Source: Octopus vulgaris (taxonomy: Eukaryota). From it: a DNA stretch of 64,000 nucleotides. The stretch spans positions 9,052,001 to 9,116,000 of the forward strand of contig OX597834.1 in NCBI GenBank assembly GCA_951406725.2, given 5' to 3'. The position numbers and the translations under genes are program-made. Positions 52,565-64,000 of this stretch are shown piece after piece. The notes under the pieces are model-generated. The model was not told the DNA's origin. It did not search any database and saw nothing but the letters and a program-made list of their open reading frames with translations. Numbering within the stretch: position 1 is the first letter of the stretch; each line of letters begins with the position of its first letter.

Positions 52565-53730
52565 AGGAGTGGCTGTGTGGTAAGTAGCTTGTTTACCAAC
52601 CACATGGTTCTGGGTTCAGTCCCACTGCGTGGCATCTTGGGCAAGTGTCTTCTACTATAGCCTCGGGCCGACCAAAGCCTTGTGAGTGGATTTGGTAGAC
52701 GGAAACTGAAAGAAGCCCGTCGTATATATGTATATATATGGCTGTGTGGTAAGTAGCTTGTTTACCATACACATGGTTCCGGCTTCAGTACACCTTCGTG
52801 GCACCTTCCGCAAATGTCTTTTACTATCGCCTCGGGCCGACCAAAGCCTTCTGAGTGGATTTGGTAGACGGAAACTGAAAGAAGCCCGTCGTGTATATAT
52901 ATATATATATATATATATAGGCGTAGGAGTGGCTGTGTGGTAAGTAGCTTGCTTACCAACCACATGGCTCCCGGTTCGGTCGCACTGCGTGGCACTTTGG
53001 GCAAGTGTCTTCTACTATAGCCTCGGGCCAACCAAAGCCTTGTGAGTGGATTTGGTAGACGGAAACTGAAAGAAGCCCGTCGTATATATGTGTGTGTGTG
53101 TGTGTGCGCGTGTGTGTTTGTGTGTCTGTGTTTGTCCCATCCAACATCGCTTGACAACAGATACTGGTGTGTTTATGTCCCCGTGACTTAGCAGTTCGGC
53201 AAAAGAGAGCGATAGATTAAGTACTGGGCTTAGAAAAAATAAATCCCGGGGTCGGGTTGCTCGATTAAAGGTGGTGCTCCAGCATGGGGGCAGTCAAATG
53301 TGTGAAACAAGTAAGAGTAAAAGAGTATATATTGGCTGTGTTGCAAGTAGCTTGGTTACCAGCCACATGGTTCTGGGATCAGTCCCACTGCGGGGCACCT
53401 TGGTCAAGTGTCTTCTGCTATAGCCCCGGGCCAACCAAAGCCTTGCGAGTGGATTTGGTAGACGGAAACTGAAAGAAGCCCTTCGTATATATGTGTGTGT
53501 GCGCGTGTGTGTTTGTGTGTCTGTGTTTGTCCCATCCACAACATCGCTTGACAACCGATGCTGGTGTGTTCATGTCCCTGTCACTTAGCGTTTCGGCCAA
53601 AAGAGACCGATAGAATAAGTACTAGGCTTACAAAAGAATAAGTCCCGGGGTCGAGTTGTTCGATTAAAGGCGGTGCTCCAGCATGGCCGCAGTCAAATGA
53701 CTGAAACAAGTAAAAGAGTAAAAGAGAAAA
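52565..53730 (+). mobile_element. Tandem array of four SINE family C copies
   Basis: Head GGCTGTGTGGTAAGTAGC at ~52571, ~52740 and ~52931, and a diverged head at ~53334. The first two copies stop at the internal (TA)n; the last two are full length. Confidence 0.92.
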
Positions 53731-54109
53731 AAAAAACATATGCATTCATACATAGATACTAACACATACCCACACATGCACAAAATAACCGACGCATGCG
53801 CATACACATATATATAAATTATTTATTTGATGTTATATAAAAAGGTTAGAATGAACTGTAAGAGAAGTGAAGACCATTTTTTTTTGTACAGTCCGCGTTT
53901 AGTATACTTAAAGGAGAATAGATTTGTGGGTGACTTCGAAGTATGAGGCAATTAAACCTCCATCCGAATCAGGATTGGCTGGAAAATCATCGAAGTAGCA
54001 GTAAATACCAATGAATGTGGTGTGTGTTTGTGTGTGTGTGTAAGATCGAGCGGGGGTTGGGACGCTACACTGGACACGCATCTAGAATACGTGGGCAGAC
54101 ATAGTAATA

Positions 54110-54465
54110 GTCTAGAGAGAGAGAGAGGTAAAAATAGATTGATTGATTGATAGATAGGTAGGTAGATATGTAGATAGGTAGATAGATGCATAAATACATA
54201 CATACAAACATACATACATATATAGAAAGGTAGGTAGATAGATAAATTGATAGAGATAGAAACATTTACAGATAGATAGAGATATAGGTAGATAGAGATG
54301 CATTGATAGGTAGATAGATAGACAGAGAGAGATACATTCATAGATACATACATTGATAAATAGATAGAGAGATACATTGATAGGTAGATTAATAGATGGA
54401 TACATAGATAGATAGACAGAGAGAGAGAGATACATTGATAGATAGACAGAGAGAGAGATACATTG

Positions 54466-54496
<31 letters not shown>

Positions 54497-54520
54497 GATA
54501 CATTGATAGGTAGATTGATT
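54110..54520. repeat. Degenerate (GATA)n microsatellite
   Basis: Directly visible. Confidence 0.93.
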
Positions 54521-54875
54521 AACAGTCAAACAAGTATTCGCTTTCAAGCCTGAAAAAGTACATTAATTATTTGAAACAAAATCTTAGATTCTATACAGAT
54601 TAACGCACACCCACGCAATCGTCCACATCAACACATACATAAACAAACAAACACGCAACCGCATGCGCGTACACACGCACATTTATATATACTCTACATA
54701 TATAAATATATATGTATGTATAGATATAAATACATATATACAGTATATATAAATATATATATATGTATATATATATATATAAACCCTCCTTCTTCCCTTC
54801 TTTCCTGAGCGTCCAATAATACTTTATTTATTCCACGTCCTCGCGTTGCTGTGCTTTTTGTTTTCTTGTTTGGAT

Positions 54876-54912
<37 letters not shown>

Positions 54913-55349
54913 TATATATATAGGTATGACGGCGTGTATGTATGTATATGTAAGTGTCTGTCTATCTCACTCAGTCTCTGCGCGTGAATGTGTGTGTGTG
55001 TGTGTGTGTTTGCATTGTTTGTTTGCTTGTTTGCTATTTGCTCGGATGGCGTGTGTTTTCACCAGATGGTGAATGGTGAGATATAATTCTGCTAATAGTA
55101 AGGCGGCCCAGACAAGATTATGAGGTCAACATGTTCAGCTAGTTGAAAATATGATTTATAGCGTTCTGGATTTATAGTTCTGGTGAGTAGGATAGGGACG
55201 TGTGCGTGAGGAAGTGAAAAGTGTATATATATATATATATATATGGTCATTTTGCCAGTTTAGCCAATATATATATATATATAAAATAAACTTTGTGTGT
55301 GTGGTGTATGTATATAGAGTTATTTCCATCTATAGGTATATTTTGACTA

Positions 55350-55538
55350 TTACTGTTACTTGTTTTAGTCATTAGACTGCGGCCATCCTGGGCCACCACC
55401 CAGAGGAATTTTATCCCAATGAATCGACCGCAATGCTTTTTATTTTAAGTCTGCTGCTTATTCTATGGATAGTTTGGCTGAAGCACTAAGTTCCGGGAAC
55501 ATAAACACACCTAACATTGGTTGTTAAATCGTGGTGGG

Positions 55539-55606
<68 letters not shown>

Positions 55607-55765
55607 AAAGGCGGACATCTTTCGGTTTCCATCTATCAAATTCTTTCAGACGGCTTCGGTCGGCTTGAGTCTATATTAGAAGACACTTGTCTGGGGTAAC
55701 ACGGAGTAGGACTGAATACAGAACCTTCTGAATGGGAAGCAAGCTTTTTCCCACACAGCAGCGGC
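55350..55765 (-). mobile_element. SINE family C, diverged
   Basis: Family C landmarks with internal (CA)n. Confidence 0.75.
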
Positions 55766-55854
55766 TGTAGTCGCCATGATAGATCGTTAGCCACTACACA
55801 CATTTTTTTTCTCTCTTTGTTTCTCTCCTTGTTTTTTCTATGTCCCTTATTTAT

Positions 55855-55990
55855 TCGTACTTATTTAATCGACGCCGAAAGGATGGAAGGCATAGTCGAC
55901 CTCGGCGGAATTTGAACTCAGACCTAACGACAGACAAAAGACGGCTACGCACTTCGCCCGGCGTGCTAACGTTTCTGCCAGCTCACCACT
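55855..55990 (-). mobile_element. SINE family A, partial
   Basis: GTCGACCTCGGCGGAATTTGAACTCAG...GTTTCTGCCAGCTC on the plus strand. Confidence 0.85.
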
Positions 55991-56254
55991 CTGCAGTTAT
56001 TATATTGGAAATGTTTCCATGAAACCACTTGGCACGTTTCGTTTGAAATCCTAATGCACATTCCAACACTGAGGAGAGCAGAAACATTCAACAAAAACCG
56101 AAAACAAATATAGAGTTGTAGTAATGAAACGAACGTAACAATTATGGCGGAGCCCTCGAATGGCTACTGCTGACAAGCTAAAATATATTCATTTCATTTC
56201 ATTTCATCTAGTTTCAGCTAACGAGCTGTGGCCATGCTGGGGCAACGCCATTAA

Positions 56255-56545
56255 TTTATGCGCCCTTTTCAAGCCTGTTCAGGCTCATGGGCCCGGTTTC
56301 CTGGCTTCTAAGGTGTATGTGTTCCCCCTGGGACGTCAGTCCATAGTAGCGCTACTCAAGAAACAGGAAGTAAGAGTGAGAGAAAGATGGGGCGAGAGAG
56401 TACAGCCGGGGTCGCCACCCCACCCCCTGCCGGAGCCTCGTGGAGCTTTAGGTGTTTTCGCTCAATAAACACACACAACGCCCGGTCTGGGAATCGAAAC
56501 CGCGATCCTCGACCGCGAGTCCGCTGCCCTAACCACTGGGCCATT
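56255..56545 (-). mobile_element. SINE family B (tail type Y)
   Basis: Head TGGCCCAGTGGTTAGGGCAGCGGACTCGCGG; tail ATGGACTGACGTCCCAGGGGG...GAAACCGGGCCCATGAGCC. Confidence 0.9.
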
Positions 56546-59500
56546 AAGGAATAAAATAACAAAAACTATAAATCCACACAAGTTCATACTCTCTGACACA
56601 CACACACAGACACATACTACTATTATTTCCGTTGTAAACTATCATGTTACTCAATGACCGTGCAGCAAACAAATAACTTTGCTATGTAGTTTTGCCGATA
56701 TATAATGGTTTTCTATTTAGTTGAGAAAGCCAGGAATTGTAAGACGAGGTGATCAGTCGATATAATTGCTCCCTAGTACTTCACTTACCCTTTATTTCAT
56801 AAATAGAGGTGGGTCGCAAGACGTAAATGACCTCGGCGGAAATTATAATGAATATGTATATTTTACTTCTCTTGCCGTCTATTTTTTCTCCTCTGCTTGC
56901 AACACTAAACGAATACGCATACATAAATGGATGCACCCACACACACCACATAAATACATATACACACACACCCAACGCTCACACAAACTCGTACATACAT
57001 GTCCATGGATGCATACATATGTACATACGTAAGTGTGTGTCTGCGCGTCGATGTGTATAGAATTAGAGAGTGAAAGGGAGAAAGTAAGGAGGAGAGGAAG
57101 AGGTATCCGTTTAAATGAGAGTGTTGGCATGTGGCAGAAACAATTAATGATGAAAACAGATATGGAAACCTATGATAGAATGGAAGTGCGTCGATACTAA
57201 ATACAGAGGAAAAAGACGGCTGGGAAAGCGTTAGAACGATAAATTAATTCAGAGAATGTGAGAAATAGAGATAGAGAGCGAACGAGAGGGTACGGGAGTG
57301 TATCGTAGTGATAAAGATGATTAATTGCTGTTTGTCAGCTTATTTTTAGTTAGCTTCAACCACCGACTGAGGTAGAGATGTGATGAGGGAGATACAGTCT
57401 GCACTGAGAGACTGAGACGGAGAGAGAGAGAGCCACAGAGAGAGGGAGAGCCACAGAGAAGGAGAGAGAGATGAGGGGAGAGAGAAGAGAAATTTTGAGA
57501 AATGAGATGCTTGTTCTATGTAGAGAGAGTGAAGAAGATTAGAAAATAGAAATTGTTTAAAAGAAAGATGTCTGTTAGATAATGAGTGAGGCTGGGAAAT
57601 AGACTGTACAAGAGAGAGACAGGCAGAGAGAGAGAGAGAGAGAGGGGGATGGCATTGTGAAGGTACGAAATGCAATTAGTAAATTTGATAACGGGTACGG
57701 GTACTAGGAGATATAAAGCAGAAAAGAATTTGTGGAGAAAATTTGAGGACATCGAAATGAGAGGTGTATTGGAGGTATGTAATAATAATAAAAAAAAGAA
57801 GGGTAGATCGTTATATTTATGTCGTCTATTGTCATTAGTTCAACATGGATATGAGACTCTGATGACAGACAAAGAAGAAGATGCAAAGAGAAAGACAGGG
57901 TGAAAAGATAATGAGATATTCTATTGTTAGAATTCATACATTTACCATTAAATTGTCGACAGGACGAATTACGGCAAATTTGGCTATCTGGCAATAACAT
58001 GTTGTTAATGTTCTTCGTAAGCAAAATACGAGATCTTTGGAAGAAGATCTTTGAGGCAATATTTTATACTCGTGGAACATATCTAAAAGAAAGGCTAATA
58101 GATAATAAACACTTTTGAGTGTGAGAAGAAGCTGGTAATTGTTAGGATTATTGTTTTTGAATAACATAATCTTTTGTATCAAGACGGAAGTCAAATGAAG
58201 TTGTAACGTTGGTCGTTATATGATTTCGATTATTCCTGGGTCGAGGTAGATGAATTTTATGCCGATGAAGCGCATTATTGGAACAACAAATATGCTTCTA
58301 ACAGACGATATAATTGAGTCCTGGAGAAATCATTTTCGTCAGCAACAAAGCTCTTTGTAGCAACGAGACTATTCGATCCAAGACAATGCCCCCAACTTAG
58401 CCAATGAGAAAGCAGCTTCATCAAATGATTACGACTCTTCAGCAATTGTAGACGTTACTCAGGTTTGAGGGATTGGCTTTTGGATAAAACATGAATAAAT
58501 CTACTCGAGTGAAAGAGACAATTCTCTGTAAGAACAACAAAAGTTCTTGACTCAACGAAGAATCTCTTGAAGTCAATTAAGAAGTTTTTGAGCCTATGAG
58601 GAAGCTATTATTTCAACCGACAAGAGTGACAGGTTATCACGCCAGGCAAAAATGCTTAGCGTTATTTGGTCCTTCTTTATATTCTGACGTCAAATTTCGC
58701 CCCAGTTAGCGTTGCCTTTTATCATTTCGATGTCGATAAAATAAATAACAGTTGAGCACTGGGGCCGATACTAATCGACATTCCCCAATCGCAAACTTGC
58801 TGGCATTGTGCTAAAATTTGAATCCGCTATCGCTATCTATGTTACCTACTTTATATCCGAATTTTGTTACCGCATTATATCCATATCTTTCATGATACGC
58901 TATTGATGTAACATGTTACCATATTGCTTTTAAAGCGACATTCTATTTATACCACTCTATCGCTGTCGCACACTTTATAACTCACATTTTATGTTATGAT
59001 ATTCAGAAGAGATTCCATTAACTGGTAAACAGTTAAGTGTTTGCCGAAAAAATTGTCGTTACAGCTAAAATCACCCTTGCAAAATAGCAATGATTTTTCC
59101 TTAATATACACAAGTATATTACAAGGGCTTATTACGGTGGGCGACTCAATGAAAGAGATACCATGCAATTTGCGACAACATGCATGTTATAGATAATCGA
59201 ATTAACTTCAAAACTCTGATAATATAGAGGAATATTGCACGGTGCTTAGTGTAGTAATGAATCCGCTTTATCCCAATTAAGGACACAGGAGATACGTCTG
59301 AAAGCTCTTTCATCGTAATTCTACCCTCTTAGAGTTGATCCCAATACAACATTACATGGTGTGTGATACTAACATGTGATATCGTTATGTTGTCTCATCT
59401 TTAATGAGGCTTCTTATCTCAATAATAAACTGGAGAGATGCAAACGAGTGTGGGATCGTATATGCACATGTATACTTTCATTTATAAATCCATGCATGTC

Positions 59501-59949
59501 TGTGTATATATATTTATATACATAAGAATTTTTTGCGTAATATCATAAAAACCAAGGCTGTGTAGGTATGAGAGCATTTATTATATATATATATTTGGGG
59601 ATGGGGGGGTACATACACATGTAGAAGATAAGATTTTGTTGAGGAATAAAATAACTGGACATGATGGAACACCTTGATTTACCAAATATATATATCATAA
59701 ATATGTTATTTGCATCTGATGCTTGTCGGCGCCAAGAAACATATTCAAGAATATTGCCATTTATATTCTGCCTAATGTCACTTTTAAACGATATTTTGCC
59801 GCTTATATTTTCACTTCTGCATTTGGTTTCCACGACAATTGATGCGAATTCGTATGTTGAAACATATTTTGCTTCATCTTGGGTGGGTGGGGGTTTATTA
59901 TGTCCTAATAGAATCGCACGATGTTTCTATTAAACTCTTCTTCTTCTTA

Positions 59950-60400
59950 TTATTATTTTTTTTATTATTATTATTTTTTATATCGTGCTTTCACTTCACT
60001 ACCGAGCGCAGGTCTGTGTGCCTTGGGTATGTGCTGTGATTTGTTGTGATGCTCTGATGGTTATTGTATGGAAAGTGTTCTGCGTAGGATGTGTGCAGTG
60101 CCTAGTAATGCAATTTTCTGTATGTTATATGTGTTTATAAGTCCTGGTGTTTTTGTTATGTATTTCTCTGAATATTTGTTTATCATGCCTAATGCACCTA
60201 TTATGATAGGAATTGTTTCTGTTTTTAGGTTCCACATTCTGGTTACCTCTATTTCCAAGTCTTTGTATTTTGAAAGTTTCTCCATTTCTTTTAGAGACAC
60301 GTTGTCATCCGCTGGTATTGATACATTAATTAGAAAACATTTTTTTCTTTATGATCTCTGACAACTATATCTGGTCTGTTGCCTTAATTTCTCTATCTTA
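59950..60400 (-). mobile_element. Dong/R4-clade non-LTR retrotransposon 3' end (restriction-like endonuclease)
   Basis: RPDIVVRDH..KCFLINVSIPADDNVSLKEMEKLSKYKDLEIEVTRMW...PIIIGALG...GTAHILRRTL*: PD-(D/E)xK-type RLE C-terminus, embedded in (TAA)n. Confidence 0.9.
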
Positions 60401-61434
60401 TTATTATTATTATTATTATTATTGTTATTATTATTATTATTATTCTCTTCTCTCAGTTTTGCTTCCATTTCTTGTCTAGTATTTGAACTCACGTGGACCG
60501 TTTTCTGGACAGGCATTATAGTCTCACCTATCCCAGCATGCGGTACCATTATAGAAGCCCCAATCCTGTCAATATGAAGTCTACGCTGCATCTGATTCGG
60601 TTTGTGTCGAATCATGATAGCCACCACTGTGAAAAGGATTTCAATACGGAGCAAATAATTCAGGAGAAAATATATGCGAGCATATTATTGACCCTTTTAT
60701 TATCTAGTGTAACAATTAAAAATGATAATAGCAGAATCAATACTATAAGCGATTAGAGGACTCAACACGCATTTCATAGCTGAAGGAATAAAATTAATCA
60801 AAGGACATACCAAGTATGTCCATACCTGCTGGAAATAACAGTCAAAACTCTTATTTAGATCGCCGAAAAAATCTCATGATAACTAGAGAAATCAACCGTC
60901 TATGGGCAAAGGGGCTAAGACTATCTCTCAACATACATTCTAGTATTTGGACCCACGTGGACCAGTTTTGGGAGTGGCAATATAGCCTCACCTTCCCTAG
61001 CACGATGGAAAGTCCCTAACCGTTAAGTTGAAGTCAGCGCTGCTACTGATCCATTTTGCGCCGAATCCTGGCAGCTACCAGTGTAAAACTAATTTCAATA
61101 CGGAGCAAATATTTGCGAAGATATTATTGACTCTGGTATTATCTAGTGTAGCGATTAAAAATGATAATAACAGAATCAATAATATAGGCGATTGGAAGCC
61201 CAAAAACAAGCATTAAAAATCTTCGCAAATATTTTCTCCTGATTTATTTGGTCCGTAATAATAATAATGATGATGATCTTATTATTATCGTTTTTGGATT
61301 TGGTTTGCAAGATTCTTTATAAGAGTTCGTGTGTTGAAGCATATTCTGTTGTGTCTGGGGAGAGTAATTTTCTTTTTATGCCTTATTATTTAACCCACTC
61401 ACCGGTAAAAATTCCACTTATTTTCCTAAAATTA

Positions 61435-61740
61435 TTATTATTCAGTAGTTTGATTTTTATAGCGTGCCTTCACTTCACTACCGGACGCAGCTCTGTGTGC
61501 CTTAGGTATGTGCTGTGATTTGTTGTGATGCTCTGATGGTTATTGTATGGAAAGTGTTCTGCGTAGGATGTGTGCAGTGCCTAGTAGTGCAATTTTCTGT
61601 ATGTTATATGTGTTTGTAAGTCCTGGTGTTTTTGTTATGTATGTGTCTGAATATTTGTTTATCATGCCTAATGCACCTACTCTGATAGGAATTGTTTCTG
61701 TTTTTAGATTCCACATTCTGGATACCTCAATTTCCAGGTA
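61435..61740 (-). mobile_element. Second Dong/R4 3' fragment (same family)
   Basis: Near-identical to 59980-60260; again flanked by (TAA)n. Confidence 0.9.
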
Positions 61741-63774
61741 TTATTATTATTATTATTATAGTCAAAATTAAAAGAAGAGTGCCATTATCATCTAAGGAAA
61801 GATAATTCGACATCTTGTGTGTCTTAACAGGTTCAAAAAATAATTTTGTGAATCTACTTCATTTTGGTTAATATAGAAAGGATTGAGGTAACTCCTCCAG
61901 AAGATAGAGCGTCAAAATCAAAAGAAGACTGCCATTGTCATCATCTAGTGGACGATATTTCCACATCTTGTATTACTACTACTATTATTATTATTATTAT
62001 TATTATTATTGATGATGTTGTTGTTATTTTTATTAGTGTTCGTAGTAGTAGTATTAGTAGTAGTAGTGGGCTTATTTTGGTTACAATGACCCTCTGAGTT
62101 AGAACAAAATGTCAAGTATATGTTTCTTATATAGAATCTTTTAAATCCTGTTTTTAAAAGCTTTTGTTGATTTCCCGAGCTGTTGTTTCATCCCAGTTGA
62201 ACACGATTAACACGATGCATCAAGTTTTCCTTTTTGATACCAATACCTTATTTTATGAACTCGCTGTATTTTTCACCAAGGTTTATAAATTTGTCTTTTT
62301 CACTAAATTAGAACGCGTTTCAGTGGATATTTGCTGTTGTTTATAACTAGTCGAGATTAGAAGTAGAGAAGGGATAGAACTTGTTGACTGCTTTTAATCT
62401 TATAAATCAATCTCAATAAGACTGTCCCTTGCAGCAAAGATCTAAGACCAAAATAGCAATTTGTAAAAATTAAAGTGTCATTATTCCCTGTGTTGTATGC
62501 TTCCGGAATTCAGCTTTCGAACTAAAGTGATCCCTCCAACTTTTATTGATTTTTGACCCTATATTATTTTGCTGCATAACGTAGTTTTAGAGAGAAATTG
62601 ATTGGGTTGATTTATTGATTACATAGTAATGCTTCGCCTCAGTGAAGTTGAGTGGTGGATGTTTGTGTATACATATGTATACTGGGAATAAAATTAACAG
62701 CGTCAGTTAATCTCTCTATTACTTAATTACTTCAATTGATTGTTATACACCTTATCGACCAAGACACTTACAACGCTTTTATTAATTAATTAATTGGTCA
62801 GAGAAGCCATGACAATGCACATGACCTGTATAGGACTTCTCAGATCAATGATGGTCAGACTGTACAAGTACTTGAGAAAGAGAGAGAGAGAAAGGTGAAA
62901 GATTCTTGTCACACATTTATCTGTAGAAATCGAACGGGAAAATTTATTTTAACATGGACACAAGCTTCAAATTTGTAGACGGTAGATAATCATTTGAATT
63001 CCCACCAAGAGATTAATTGGTACTTAATTTATGTACACTTGAAGGCTATAAGCAAAACCGGCCTCGCAAACCTTTGAGCGCAGCATACAAAATGGCACTG
63101 GCATACTGCAGTGCATTGTGTAAGACGCTAAAATATGTGGTCAGTACAAAGCTATAATCTCACAGGAATTTTATGTGTATAAAACACATAAGCTAGAACT
63201 CAACAGAAATTGCATATGACAAAAGCACACGAGGACCTCAAGGATGTTAAAAGTAATCAAGTTGAGCAAAATACTCAAAAAGCTGACAGTAGTAATGTGT
63301 AGTGTTTAAGGACCCATAAGTTAAAGATATATATCTCTAGTCAAACCATCTTTCAAAACGAGGATATCTAACTCATATTTCTACCAGAAGAATTTATTAG
63401 CAAATGATTCTAAAATCAGATTTGTGATGTTAGACATCTTCTCATAGGTGCAAATAAACTTTAAATCAGCCCTGACCGTATATATAACTTTCTATCAAAT
63501 AAATATATGTTAACAAAAGCATTTCCGAGCCGTGGAGAATTATTACTTCAAAGGATTTTCCGAGAATTGGATCAATATATAAATTGCTAAGAGAATCATA
63601 TATTTATAAATGTATTTCTTCTTAATATATATATATATATATATATATATCTGTGTGCTGTAGAAACCCAAACTTATACACTTATTACAATTATTGCATA
63701 TGCGAATGCTAAAGCATACGTAAGAGAATAGATGTAGATATGTATGCCCACACACACACTGACACACACATAAA

Positions 63775-63806
63775 CATATATATATATATATGCATATATA
63801 AACTCA

Positions 63807-63842
<36 letters not shown>

Positions 63843-63880
63843 GCATATATATAATATATATATATGCTATATACTCATGC

Positions 63881-63918
<38 letters not shown>

Positions 63919-64000
63919 GCATATATAAACTCATACATATATATATGCATATATAAACTCATATTTTATATATATATCATATATATATCATATATATATG
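63775..64000. repeat. TA-rich compound micro/minisatellite
   Basis: Directly visible units such as ATGCATATATAAACTC. Confidence 0.9.

Noticed and set aside
57920-58620. Possible Tc1 remnant (QDNAP-like string near 58380)
   Set aside because: Too decayed to define ends or confirm further motifs.

Overview
AT-rich eukaryotic DNA, most likely a coleoid cephalopod (Octopus-like). That assignment is my recollection of the tRNA-derived SINE families plus the extreme (TA)n/(TG)n content, not a database result. I could not recognise any intact host protein-coding gene, so the window reads as intronic or intergenic, and most ORF-track entries are microsatellite or SINE artefacts. It is densely filled with transposon remains: at least five tRNA-derived SINE types; LINE fragments (RTE, CR1/L2-like, Dong/R4); Helitrons (helicase pieces and non-autonomous copies); and DNA transposons (Tigger/pogo, Tc1/mariner, hAT, Chapaev-like). 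The most interesting signals are RNA-structural: (1) a tRNA-headed SINE-like element whose 3' part carries a minimal Penelope-type hammerhead ribozyme (40845-41167, minus); (2) a second minimal hammerhead in a palindromic element (34832-34878); (3) a multi-helix motif resembling the RTE/BovB 5' UTR (26196-26262, minus). Family labels come from motif recognition by eye, and many boundaries are approximate.
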